A stretch of 64,000 nucleotides of DNA from Candidatus Nomurabacteria bacterium (GTDB lineage: Bacteria; Patescibacteriota; Minisyncoccia; Phycocordibacterales; UBA2100), in the NCBI GenBank assembly GCA_943356775.1, contig CALRFU010000001.1:78891-142890 (forward strand). Direction: 5' to 3'. Every line of letters begins with the position of its first letter. Position 1 is the first letter of the stretch. The notes below the pieces were generated by a model that was not told the origin of the DNA, did not search any database, and saw nothing but the letters and a program-made list of their open reading frames with translations. Positions 29,388 through 40,000 of the stretch are shown here, piece after piece. Both the position numbers and the translations under genes were made by a program.

Positions 29388-30110
29388 ATGCCGAGTCCCC
29401 TCAAGGTAGAAGTAAAGGATGTCACGAAGACGTACCACATCGGCGACATCTCGTTTCAAGCCCTTGCGGGTGTATCGTTTAGCATCGCGGAGGGCGAATT
29501 TGTCGCCATTATGGGTCCCAGTGGTTCGGGAAAATCAACACTGATGCACATTCTTGGGTGTCTTGATACACCGAGCACTGGCACATACACATTAGACGGC
29601 AAATCAGTAGGGAGTCTTTCCGACGACGAGCTTGCTGATATTCGTCGTGAAAAGGTAGGCTTCGTCTTTCAGGCGTTCAATCTCCTCCCTCGAACGACTG
29701 TCATGCGCAACGTGATGCTGCCTCTGGTCTATGCCGGAGTACCCGCCGAAGAACGAGCTGTGCGAGCGGTGGACGCACTCAAAGATGCGGGATTCGACGA
29801 ATCACATTTCGAACACAAATCAAATCAACTCTCAGGCGGGCAGATTCAACGCGTCGCTATCGCTCGCGCACTGGTGAATAACCCCACTATGATACTGGCG
29901 GACGAGCCGACGGGAAATTTGGACACGAAGACCGGCGAGATAGTATTAAGAACATTTCAAAAACTGAACCGAGAACACGGCCGCACGATTATCCTCATCA
30001 CGCACGAAGCAGAGGTGGCTGCACACGCCGACCGCATCATTCGCGTCAAAGATGGCCTCATTCAAGACGATTCTCGCTCGCACGCAGTCCACAAAGTTAC
30101 ACATCTATGA
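29388..30110 (+). CDS. ABC transporter ATP-binding protein (MacB/LolD family)
   Basis: GPSGSGKST, LSGGQ, ILADEPTGNLD. Confidence 0.95.
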   Translation: MPSPLKVEVKDVTKTYHIGDISFQALAGVSFSIAEGEFVAIMGPSGSGKSTLMHILGCLDTPSTGTYTLDGKSVGSLSDDELADIRREKVGFVFQAFNLLPRTTVMRNVMLPLVYAGVPAEERAVRAVDALKDAGFDESHFEHKSNQLSGGQIQRVAIARALVNNPTMILADEPTGNLDTKTGEIVLRTFQKLNREHGRTIILITHEAEVAAHADRIIRVKDGLIQDDSRSHAVHKVTHL

Positions 30111-31318
30111 AAACTGTCGACGTTCTTGAAGAAACATATGTGGCCCTTTCTGCCAACAAGATACGCAGTGGCCTCACGATTTTGGGCATCGTCATCGGTA
30201 TCGCTTCGGTCATCGCCATGCTCTCTATCGGTAATGGTGCGAAGCAAAGTATCCAAGGAAATATAGAATCTCTCGGTTCAAATCTTCTCACTATTCTGCC
30301 AGGAGTTTTACAGCCAGGACGCGGCATTGTCTCTTCGGGACGTGGTGCCGCCGAGACTCTGAAAATCGAAGACGCGGTGGCTATCGCTGAATTACCAGGT
30401 GTCGCTGCACTTTCGCCAGAATTGTCGCGCCGATTCCAGATAGTATCGAGTACGGGTAACAACACCAATACGACCGTTATAGGTTCTGCGAGCGCGTATG
30501 CAACTGTCCATAATTTAAATATCGCTGAAGGCTCATTCATAAGCGATGAGAATGTGCGCGGATTAGGCCGACAAGCAGTGTTGGGTGCTACGGTTGCAAA
30601 AGATCTCTTCGCAGACACCGACGCTATCGGCAAGACCATCCGTATTAACGGCGGAAGTTATCGGGTAATAGGAGTACTCGCCTCTAAAGGCGGTTTCGGC
30701 TTTTCAGGCCCCGATGGCGTGGTCTTTGTACCCATTACTACCATGCAAAAGATACTCACTGGCTCGGACAGCTATTCGACCATCGCCGTGCAGGTAACTA
30801 ATAAGGATCAGATGAAAGACCTGCAGCAAAATATCACCGACATTCTCATGACGCGTCACCGCGTCCTTGAAGCGGATTTCTCAGTAATATCGCAAGAAGA
30901 TATTCTCGGTACCCTCTCGAGTGTCATAACGACTTTCACGCTTTTCCTCGCGGCCATTGCGAGTATCTCACTCGTCGTCGGCGGTATCGGCATCATGAAC
31001 ATGATGCTCACTACCGTAACCGAACGCACCAAAGAGATTGGATTGCGCAAAGCCGTCGGCGCAAAGCAGGATGACATACGAATTCAATTTCTCGTTGAAG
31101 CGGTTATGCTTACGCTACTTGGCGGAATTATCGGTACGGGTATCGGCTGGCTCGTCTCCTTCGGTGTGACCGCAAGCGGAATCCTCCAGACATCGGTGTC
31201 CCTTTCGTCTGTGCTTCTCGCCTGCGGCGTCTCCGCGGGTATTGGGATTGTCTTTGGATACTATCCGGCAGCCCGTGCGGCTCGCCTTAGTCCCATTGAT
31301 GCGCTTCGATACGAATAA
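30107..31318 (+). CDS. ABC transporter permease (MacB/FtsX family)
   Basis: RS.LT.LGIVIGIASV, GGIGIMNMML..V.ERT.EIG.RKA.GA, PIDALRYE. Confidence 0.95.
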   Translation: MKTVDVLEETYVALSANKIRSGLTILGIVIGIASVIAMLSIGNGAKQSIQGNIESLGSNLLTILPGVLQPGRGIVSSGRGAAETLKIEDAVAIAELPGVAALSPELSRRFQIVSSTGNNTNTTVIGSASAYATVHNLNIAEGSFISDENVRGLGRQAVLGATVAKDLFADTDAIGKTIRINGGSYRVIGVLASKGGFGFSGPDGVVFVPITTMQKILTGSDSYSTIAVQVTNKDQMKDLQQNITDILMTRHRVLEADFSVISQEDILGTLSSVITTFTLFLAAIASISLVVGGIGIMNMMLTTVTERTKEIGLRKAVGAKQDDIRIQFLVEAVMLTLLGGIIGTGIGWLVSFGVTASGILQTSVSLSSVLLACGVSAGIGIVFGYYPAARAARLSPIDALRYE

Positions 31319-31714
31319 TCAAATATCCATGCGGCGATGATACAAATTCGCCCAGCACATAGTCAGTAATCGGTCCTCGGCAACACGTTCTGCCATCTGT
31401 TTTTCCTCTTCGTTTTCGTACAAAACAACTGAACGATATTGCCCGCCAACATTCGCACCTTGTCGATTCGACGTAGTCGGATCATGCGAACCAAAAAAGA
31501 CGGTGAGTAAATCTTTATAGGAGATGGTGGCAGAATCGTACGTGACGCGAATGACCTCTGCATGCCCTGTGTTGCCACTACTCACTGCATCATACGAAGA
31601 ATTGTCCATCGCCCCTCCCGCATATCCTGATTCCACTTTTTCAACCCCTTTGAGCATTTGAAAAATGGCCTCTGTGCACCAAAAGCATCCACCTCCGAAT
31701 ACTGCTGTTTTCAT
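31319..31714 (-). pseudogene. msrA: Truncated second msrA copy
   Basis: MsrA-like for about 113 aa, then unrelated tail; lacks the AExYHQ motif and resolving Cys. Confidence 0.75.
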
Positions 31715-31750
31715 CTCGCCAGTATATCAAAACGATGCTATACTTTTTCC

Positions 31751-31890
31751 TCCTTCGGGGTTGGGTGTGAGTCCCAATCGGCGGTAAAGCCCGGCGCAAG
31801 CGTGTGGCGAGTCCGCGAGTCTCGGTTAAATTCGGGACACGACTGCGGTTAAATCCCGCGACCGACCGTATAGTCGGGATAAAAGAAGGA
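31751..31890 (+). promoter_or_regulatory. FMN riboswitch (RFN element)
   Basis: P1 TCCTTC/GAAGGA, GGGG..GGGTG..A.TCCC..CGGCGGTAAAG, TCCGCGA, CGGTTAAATCCCG, CCGAC.GTATAGTC.GGAT; directly upstream of rib genes. Confidence 0.92.
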
Positions 31891-31946
31891 AACGTGCATC
31901 ACCTTTTGGTGATGACGTCGCGACCCCGAAAAAGGCGGGTTTTTCT

Positions 31947-32534
31947 ATGTTTTCGGGAATCATTACAGAAACAGGTACAGTCGCGGATGTGTTGCCAAAT
32001 GCAATTCGTGTCGGCGCACATGCTGCGTTCGTACGCAACCTCGTTCGCGGTACGAGCGTCAGTGTCGACGGAGCGTGCCTCACGGTCGTGTCAAAAGATA
32101 TAAGTTCATTTACGACAGATATCATGCCGGAAACAAAACGACGAACCACCTTGGGGAGCCTTCGCGTTGGTGAGACGGTCAATCTCGAGCTTCCCGTGAC
32201 CGCATCTTCCTTTCTTTCCGGCCATATTGTACAGGGACATGTTGACGGTATCGGAACATTGAAGCATGTTAAGAAAGACGGAGATAGTCACATTTTTTCT
32301 ATCACTGTTCCGCACACGCTTGCGCGATATATCGCCCCGAAAGGATCGGTAACAGTGAGTGGTGTTGCGCTCACCGTTATCGCGGTACGCTCTTCATCAT
32401 TCAGCGCAGGGATTATTCCTCACACGTTCCGTACGACTACGATGCACAGGCTTGCAGTGCGCGACTCGGTAAACATCGAAGTGGACGTGCTCGCGAAATA
32501 TGTCGAGAAATTCACGCGCAAACATTCACAATGA
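31947..32534 (+). CDS. ribE: Riboflavin synthase
   Basis: MFSGII N-terminus, GACLTV, GHIVQGHVD, VNIEVD. Confidence 0.95.
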   Translation: MFSGIITETGTVADVLPNAIRVGAHAAFVRNLVRGTSVSVDGACLTVVSKDISSFTTDIMPETKRRTTLGSLRVGETVNLELPVTASSFLSGHIVQGHVDGIGTLKHVKKDGDSHIFSITVPHTLARYIAPKGSVTVSGVALTVIAVRSSSFSAGIIPHTFRTTTMHRLAVRDSVNIEVDVLAKYVEKFTRKHSQ

Positions 32535-32974
32535 AAAATATCAAAGACTTACGCATAGCAATTATCGGGACATCATTTCGAAAGAAGGTTACTGCAGAGC
32601 TTGAAAAACGCTGCGTCGCGACATTGCGAAAGCGTGGGCTTTCCACACAACAGATACGCATTGTTCGCGTTCCGGGAGCATTTGAAGTGCCACTCGTTGC
32701 AAAAAAAATGGCGGCGCAAGGAATATACGACGCTCTTATCGTCTTTGGTGCAATCGTCAAGGGAAAAACGTACCATTTCGAGCAAATCGCAAACGAATGC
32801 TCGCGTGGCTGCGCCGAGGTATCACGTGCGTATGAGATACCCGTCATCTTCGAAGTACTTGCTGTGTACAATCTCGCGGATGCATACCTGCGTGCAACGC
32901 GAAAGAATGAGAACAAGGGCGTTGAAGCGGCCGAATCTGCGCTGTCCATGATAGATCTTATGTCTCGACTATGA
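32531..32974 (+). CDS. ribH: 6,7-dimethyl-8-ribityllumazine synthase
   Basis: VPGAFEVP, GAIVKG.T.HF. Confidence 0.93.
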   Translation: MKNIKDLRIAIIGTSFRKKVTAELEKRCVATLRKRGLSTQQIRIVRVPGAFEVPLVAKKMAAQGIYDALIVFGAIVKGKTYHFEQIANECSRGCAEVSRAYEIPVIFEVLAVYNLADAYLRATRKNENKGVEAAESALSMIDLMSRL

Positions 32975-34200
32975 AAATTACTTTCTGCACTATACCGGAG
33001 GCAATTGTCGAAATAAAAAAAGGTAATATGCTCATCATCATCGACAGTCCGAAGCGCGAAAACGAAGCAGATTTATATATTCCTGCGGACGCCGCAACTC
33101 CTGCGGCGATACACACAATGATTACACACGGCGGTGGCATCTTGTGCGCTGCAATTACTCAATCGCAAGCACATCGTTTGCACCTTCCGCTCATGGTCCC
33201 CTCTACGGAGAATACTGAAAAAACTGGAGTGAATTTCACCGTCTCTATCAATGCGCGGCACGGCATCACGACCGGCGTCTCTGCGCACGACCGCGCAAAG
33301 ACAATCAGAATCCTCGCAAGTCCAAAATCGAAGCCAACAGATCTCGTTAAGCCTGGACACGTATTCGGTCTTGTGGCGCGCGACGGAGGAGTCCTCGTGC
33401 GCGAAGGACACACAGAGGCGGCAGTCGACCTTGCTCGCCTCGCTGGCAGAGCGCCTGCGGGCGTTTTGTGTGAAATTGTTGGAAAAAACGGTCATATGGC
33501 AAAACGCAAAGAAATAAATGAGCTCTCACGAACACTCGGAGTAAAAATAGTCGCGATACGCAATCTTATCCGTTATCTTTGCGTGCATCCTTTGTCGACC
33601 ACACCTTCAAGCTCTAGCACTATACGCATTGCAACATCGACGCTCCCAACGAAATACGGTACATTCGATATCACTGCCTACAAATCCGTTTTCGACAATC
33701 GCGAACATGCCGCACTTGTTTTCGGAAAACCACGCGGAGAGACACTCGTTCGCGTTCACTCGCAATGTCTTACCGGCGATACACTCTTTTCGCTCCGATG
33801 CGACTGCGGCGAACAACTGAAAAAGAGCATGCACGCGATAATCCGCGCGGGCGCAGGCGTCGTCGTGTATCTCAATCAGGAGGGCCGCGGCGTTGGCTTT
33901 GGCAACAAAATACGGGCATATGCGCTGCAAGATAATGGTTGTGACACCGTGCAAGCAAACGACGAACTCGGACTGCCGATAGATTCGCGCAGTTATGAAG
34001 CGGCGGCGGACATCCTTAAAGATCAAGGCATCGATATGGTGCGTCTTCTCACGAACAATCCCAATAAGATGGATCAGCTCCGTACCTTTGGCATCGTTGT
34101 AACGAAACGCATTTCCCTCGAAACCACACCAAACAAAGTGAACACTCGATACCTACGAACTAAAAAACTCAAAATGGGTCACCACCTCAAGAGAGTCTAG
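32971..34200 (+). CDS. ribBA: Bifunctional DHBP synthase / GTP cyclohydrolase II
   Basis: RENE.D, TGVSA.DR, GHTEA; RVHSQCLTGD, RCDCG.QL, QEGRG, LTNNP. Confidence 0.96.
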   Translation: MKITFCTIPEAIVEIKKGNMLIIIDSPKRENEADLYIPADAATPAAIHTMITHGGGILCAAITQSQAHRLHLPLMVPSTENTEKTGVNFTVSINARHGITTGVSAHDRAKTIRILASPKSKPTDLVKPGHVFGLVARDGGVLVREGHTEAAVDLARLAGRAPAGVLCEIVGKNGHMAKRKEINELSRTLGVKIVAIRNLIRYLCVHPLSTTPSSSSTIRIATSTLPTKYGTFDITAYKSVFDNREHAALVFGKPRGETLVRVHSQCLTGDTLFSLRCDCGEQLKKSMHAIIRAGAGVVVYLNQEGRGVGFGNKIRAYALQDNGCDTVQANDELGLPIDSRSYEAAADILKDQGIDMVRLLTNNPNKMDQLRTFGIVVTKRISLETTPNKVNTRYLRTKKLKMGHHLKRV

Positions 34201-34204
34201 CGGT

Positions 34205-35290
34205 ATGAAGAACTCGAAGTCGGACGAGGATTATATGCGCGAGACGCTTCGGCTCGCGGAGATGGGTCGCGGCTTTGTAAATCCCAACCCAATGGTTGGT
34301 GCGGTTATTGTACGGAAGGGACGTGTTGTGGCGCGAGGATACCATCGTATCTCTGGTGGTTCGCACGCCGAGATTGAGGCACTTTCGAATGTGCGCGGCA
34401 ATGCTGCAGGTACGACTTTGTATGTGAATCTGGAACCGTGCTGCCATTTCGGACGCACGCCGCCATGCACGGACGCACTTATCCGCGCCAAGATTGCCCG
34501 CATCGTCTGCGCAACGCGCGATTCAAACAAGACGGCACGCGGAGGTCTCGAGAAATTACGGCGAGCCGGCATCGATGTCTCAATCGGCAGCCTCAAGAAA
34601 GAAGCGCGCGATCTGAACGAATCATTCTTTACATTTCATGAGAGGCAACGGCCATTCGTCGCATTAAAATTCGCCGCAAGCCTCGATGGCAAGCTCGCCA
34701 CACGCAGCGGTGATTCAAAATGGATAACGAGTAAGCCGGCTCGTGCGCACGCGCGGCGTTTGCGAGGCAGCTACCAAGCCGTAGTCGTTGGAGTGGAAAC
34801 CGTCATGGCAGACGATCCACACCTTGGAGCGCGCATAAAAAAACTCCCGGATCCTTTGCGCGTAATTCTTGATTCGACGCTTCGGATATCTCTCAAGGCT
34901 CAGGTATTACGCGATTCGCATGTCATTATCGCGACAACGAAACGCGCTTCGGCACTAAAAAAGAAACTGCTGGAGCGTCGTGGCATACGTGTCCTTACCT
35001 GCGGGGACAATCATATTGCGCCGAGACAACTTCTTGCATCGCTCAAACAATTGAACATAATCAGCGTACTTGTGGAGGGCGGCGGCGCAGTTTTGGGAAG
35101 CTTCATCGATGCCGGCTTCGTTGATAAAGTCTATGCTTTTTACGCGCCAATCCTCATCGGAGGCGAAAATGCTGTCTCAATCGGCGGCCACGGAGCGGGG
35201 CGTATTGCAACAGCGCTGCATCTTTCTCACACTTCAGTAGAAAGCTTTGGCTCCACTGTTCTTATCACAGCATCAACCAACAGACCCTAA
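34205..35290 (+). CDS. ribD: Bifunctional pyrimidine deaminase/reductase RibD
   Basis: PNPMVG, HAE, LEPCCH.GRTPPC, SLDGK.A, SKWIT, VEGG. Confidence 0.96.
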   Translation: MKNSKSDEDYMRETLRLAEMGRGFVNPNPMVGAVIVRKGRVVARGYHRISGGSHAEIEALSNVRGNAAGTTLYVNLEPCCHFGRTPPCTDALIRAKIARIVCATRDSNKTARGGLEKLRRAGIDVSIGSLKKEARDLNESFFTFHERQRPFVALKFAASLDGKLATRSGDSKWITSKPARAHARRLRGSYQAVVVGVETVMADDPHLGARIKKLPDPLRVILDSTLRISLKAQVLRDSHVIIATTKRASALKKKLLERRGIRVLTCGDNHIAPRQLLASLKQLNIISVLVEGGGAVLGSFIDAGFVDKVYAFYAPILIGGENAVSIGGHGAGRIATALHLSHTSVESFGSTVLITASTNRP

Positions 35291-36798
35291 TCTCTCGGAG
35301 ACGGTCGTAAGAGCGGAAACAATTGCGCTTCGTGAGCGGGGCGATTCTCGAGGAAGGAAAAGAGGCGCTCCGAGACACCAAAGCCAAACGCAGGCGGCAT
35401 GCCGAATTCCATAGCGCAGACGTAATCTTCATCCAAGCGTTGCGCTTCGTCATCACCCGCATCGCGCATTCTTTGTTGCTCTTCGAATCGCGCACGTTGA
35501 TCTTGCGGGTCGTTGAGTTCACTGAATGCCTTCCCCATTTCCGAGCCTGCGAGGATGACCTGCAATCGCTCGACGATGTCAGGGTTATTCGCGGAGCGCT
35601 TGGCAAGAGGTTCGAGATAGACAGGAACCCCCACAAGAAAAGCGGGGCCCGATATGGTCTTACGTATAGATTTCCACAAATGGTCGATAGCTCGCGGCTT
35701 ATTGAGCGTTTCCCCTACTTGTATCTGAGCATCGCGAACCGCTTGTATCGCTTCTTCTTCCGTACAGGTCAGAGGATTAATACCGAACTTCTCCTGAATG
35801 ACGGCACAAAAATCGATGAGCGGCCACTCTTCCGCAAAATCAACCGTATGAGCGTTTACCTCAAATGTGTATTTACCATAGACCTCTTTTACGATGTGGC
35901 GATAGAGCTCCTTCAGGAATTCCATCCCCTTTTGCATGTCGCTGTACGCCTCATAGGATTCAAGCTGCGTGTAATCCTGCAAATGCTCCCGTGATTGGCC
36001 TTCATTGCGGAAGATGCGGCCAATCTCAAAAACTTTCGGGAACCCGGCGACGAGCAGCTCCTTTTGCCACAATTCACCGCAAGAGATACGGAGATACACA
36101 TCAATGTCGAGCGCGTTGTGGTGTGTCTTAAACGGTCGAGCATCGGCACCACCGGGAGAATTCTCGAGAATGGGAGTCTCGACTTCGAGGAAGCCGCGCT
36201 CTATATAAAAATTACGGGCTGCTTGCCAAAATCTTGTACGGCGTCCAAACATGGCGCGTACTTCCGGATTCAGAAGGATATCAAGATACCGCTGCCGCAA
36301 AATCAATTCCTCGTCCTTGATACCGAAATGTTCGGCGGGCATCGGCAAGAGCGATTTGGCGAGCATGCGCCACTTCTCCACCTTCAGAGAGCGTTCTCCT
36401 CTTTTCGTTTTAAACATCACCCCCGAAGCCTCGACAAAGTCACCCGTATCTACCGTAGCCACAAAAAGGTCGAATAGAGCCTCATCCATATCCGCTTTCT
36501 GCAGCACAATCTGCATGCGTCCGGTACCGCCTGTGGTGAGCGATTTATCCTGAGTGGAGTCGAAGGGAGTCGAACCATCGAAGATGTCCGCAAAAGCAAT
36601 GCCTCCTTGACCTCTCAGAGACATCACACGGCCTCCTAGGTGAACCTTGCGGCCGCTTGCTTCCAAATCATCGAAAGCGGTGCCTGCATCCGCATTACTC
36701 ATATCCCGGTGCGAATCGACGGGATACGGGTTCATGCCTGCGGCTCGAAGAGCATCAAGCTTCTTCAGTCGTTCGTCACGGATTTCCTGCTCGCTCAT
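35287..36798 (-). CDS. lysS: Lysine--tRNA ligase (class II)
   Basis: OB fold, RQRYLD, GGADARPF.T, FEIGRIFRNEG, SELNDP, GMPP..G.G. Confidence 0.96.
   Translation of the reverse strand: MSEQEIRDERLKKLDALRAAGMNPYPVDSHRDMSNADAGTAFDDLEASGRKVHLGGRVMSLRGQGGIAFADIFDGSTPFDSTQDKSLTTGGTGRMQIVLQKADMDEALFDLFVATVDTGDFVEASGVMFKTKRGERSLKVEKWRMLAKSLLPMPAEHFGIKDEELILRQRYLDILLNPEVRAMFGRRTRFWQAARNFYIERGFLEVETPILENSPGGADARPFKTHHNALDIDVYLRISCGELWQKELLVAGFPKVFEIGRIFRNEGQSREHLQDYTQLESYEAYSDMQKGMEFLKELYRHIVKEVYGKYTFEVNAHTVDFAEEWPLIDFCAVIQEKFGINPLTCTEEEAIQAVRDAQIQVGETLNKPRAIDHLWKSIRKTISGPAFLVGVPVYLEPLAKRSANNPDIVERLQVILAGSEMGKAFSELNDPQDQRARFEEQQRMRDAGDDEAQRLDEDYVCAMEFGMPPAFGFGVSERLFSFLENRPAHEAQLFPLLRPSPRD
36532..36577. 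repeat. Nested REP-like elements in frame in lysS
   Basis: TGTGGTGAGCG[ATTTATCCTGAGTGGAGTCGAAGGG]AGTCGAACCA, translated as STPFDSTQDKSLTT. Confidence 0.85.
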
Positions 36799-36839
36799 AG
36801 TGCGCCCATGATAACAAATATTTGACCGGGTGGAGAGCT

Positions 36840-37043
36840 CTAATTCCGTATCTCGACCGGAGGGACGGGATTGGCCGCACGCGTGAGAAGAATCCCGATG
36901 CCAAGAAGCGGCAGTATTGAGAGTACAATAAGGAGAATAATGAGGACATTTGCACTCTCCTGAGAATCGAGCATGCGGTCAATCCATGAAACTGTTTTTT
37001 TGAATACCTTCGGGGTCCCGTCGTTCCACTCTTCTTCTGTCAT
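36840..37043 (-). CDS. Small single-TM hypothetical protein
   Basis: 67 aa, one hydrophobic helix, TGcTACGCT 6 nt upstream of ATG. Confidence 0.6.
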   Translation of the reverse strand: MTEEEWNDGTPKVFKKTVSWIDRMLDSQESANVLIILLIVLSILPLLGIGILLTRAANPVPPVEIRN

Positions 37044-37094
37044 GGGACTAGCGTAGCAAACGTACAGAATCCTGCACCTTCCTTTTACACACCT

Positions 37095-40000
37095 CTAACG
37101 CACGATGTCTTCAGGTAATTTACCCGGCCAACGGTACACAAGTACCGGAATAAGTACGAGAGTGAGTATCATTGCGAACGAAAGCCCGAAGAGTATCGAA
37201 AACGCGAGCGGTCCCCAGAGCGAAGAGGCGTACGTGAGCGGAATCATGCCGAGCACCGTCGTTACAGTGGTCAAGAAAATCGGTCGCAGACGCGACACGG
37301 CAGCGTCGACAATGATATCGACAAACGGACGTCCTGCCCCCGTCTTCATGCGCTGGATGATTGCGTCCATGAGAATAATCGCGTGATTGATGATGACGCC
37401 TGCCAGGGCGATTACACCGAGTAGCGAAGAAAATGAGAGTGGTAGACGCGTGAGGGCGAGCCCGCCCATGACGCCGATGAGCGAAAGCGGCACAATCATG
37501 AGCAAGTATCCCGCAAAACGGAATGAATTGAACGATAGTACAAGAATGATGAACGTGAGGGCGAGGCCCGCCAATAGCGCATATCCCATCTCAAGAAAGG
37601 ACTTATTCGTCTCTTCGTTCTCACCACCTACCGATATATGTACGCCTTCGGGCAATTCCACTTGTTCCATCCGCTTGTTGAATGCGGCAAGCACTTCGCC
37701 CGGGGTCTTGAGAGGTGAGACATTGGAAGTAAGCGTCACGACGCGCTCGCGTCCTTCGTGATTTATTGCTGAATCTGAACGTGTGACTCCATGCTTGAGA
37801 ACAGAACCAAGAAGTATCGTTTGTCCGCTCGGCGTTGTCATTGGGATTTGATTCAGTGAATCCACCGTCGTGTTCGCCGCATCGTGTGGGTCGACGTAAT
37901 TCGGATTCAGATTGAGCGACACCACGACGTCTACATCACGCTCTCCGCCCGTGAGAGAAGTCGCAGCAAAGCCTGAGACCGCCGTACGAAGCGTGGATGC
38001 AACGGATCCGGGAGTGAGCCCCAGTTGCGCCAGTTTCGCGCGGTCGATGCTGAGAGAAAACTCAGTGCTGGCGTTCTTGTTGGATGAATCTATATCAATG
38101 GCACCGGGTGTTTGCTCCAGCTCACGGCGGGCAATCGTAATAGCGGCATCGAGCGAGTCGGCATCACGACCGAGATATTTTATAAGGATGGCAGCTCCTA
38201 CGGGCGGACCTCCCGTGGGAGCGGAGACCTTCACCCGACCCAAAGAATAATCTGCGAGTTTTGCTTTTACATCTTCGATGATTTCATCGCTCGACTCGCG
38301 CTCGCCCTTGTCTACAAGGTTCAAGGTCACGTTCGCATAGCGGGTGTCCGTTTGCGGGCTGTCGCTGAATGCGCTCGTACCTCCCACCGTGGTTACGATA
38401 GAAGCAAATCGCGGGTCGCCGTAGAGCTCTTCCTCAATCGCGCGCACCGCGATATCCGTCTGATTGAGGGCCGTACCTTGCGTCATTTCAAGCTCTATCG
38501 TAACGAATTCCGAATCTTCTCCGGGGAAGAAATTGGTTTTTACGATACCTACTACTGGCAGCGCAATGGAAAGAACAAAAGCGACAATCATTCCAATCAA
38601 AAATTGATTCTGCGCTTTACGATTACCCAATATCTGACGCAATCGCAGGTCATACCACGTGCGAGCACGCCGTGCATACTCTTCTTGTTTTTCCAACAGT
38701 CGGGAATGCTCACCGGTTTGAGAAAATGTCATCGTAAGGAACGGCACCAGACCAAGCGCGACAAATATTGATGCGATGAGGACAAAGATGAGGGTGAACG
38801 GAATCGAGGCGATGAATTGACCGACGATACCTGAAATGAAGAACAGAGGTAAGAAAAATGTGACGGTCGCCATAGTTCCCCCAATCAAAGGCCACCCGTA
38901 TTCTCGAAGTGCCTCAAATGCCGCCTGTTTTTTGTCACCGTACATACGTATACGCGTATGCACTGCCTCGACGACCACAATTCCGGAATCGACCAGAATA
39001 CCGATAGCAAGAATGAGAGAAAAGAGCGACAAGAAGTTGATGGTGTTGCCGCTATAGAGCAGACCGATAAAAGCTATGAGAAATGAAAGTGGGATTGAAA
39101 GCCCTGCCACAATCGCCTCACGCCACCCAATCGTGAGAAAGAGCGCAAGCATCACCAAAATCATCGTCTCGAGCCCTGTCTGCGTAAGCTCTCTCAAGTC
39201 GGTACGCACCTGATCTCCTGCATCGTTGGAAATAATAACTTCACTGCCTCGGAGGACCCCCAATTTCAATTCTTCAAGTTTTTCACGAACACCCGCAGTT
39301 GTACTCGTGACGTCTTGTCCGCGTACTTTGTACACAAAGAGCGAGAATGCTTGTGCGGAGGGCTTACCGTCCGTTGAAATACGTGAATATGATGTTGCTT
39401 TCTCCACGCCGTCGGAAACATCCGCAATGTCGCGCAGATAAATGATTCTGCCGCTAATATTTAATACAGCGATACCTCCAATGTCTGATATATCGTCAAG
39501 ACTGCCCTTGAAAGAGATGTTGTAGGTAATGTCGTCCACGGTGACAGCCCCAATCGGCAGAGATGCGTTCGACTGACCGATTGCGCCGACGACCTGCGAA
39601 AGTGTTATGCCCAAGCGAGCAAGTTCTTCTTTTTTGACGACAACCTGCACTTCGCGATTGCGCACTCCAGAGACGTCGACTCGCGAGACGCCTTTGACCG
39701 CCTGCAATTCGCGTTTGAGTTGATCGGCAAGTTCCGCAAGTTTTGCGTATGGATAATCAGCAGAAATAGAAATTATTTGCACCGGTTGGTCGAGGAAATT
39801 CACTTCAGAAACAGCTGGGTCTTTTGCCTCCTCCGGAAGGTCTGGTTTTGCTTTATCGACTTCGTCTTTTAGTTTTTGAATTGATTTATCGATATCTGCA
39901 GAAGCAGCGAATTCTGCCGTAATGATGGAGAGTCCCGGACGCGATACTGAGGTCAGCCGGTTGAGGTCAGTGAGATTTGCCAAACGCTCTTCGAGCTTGT

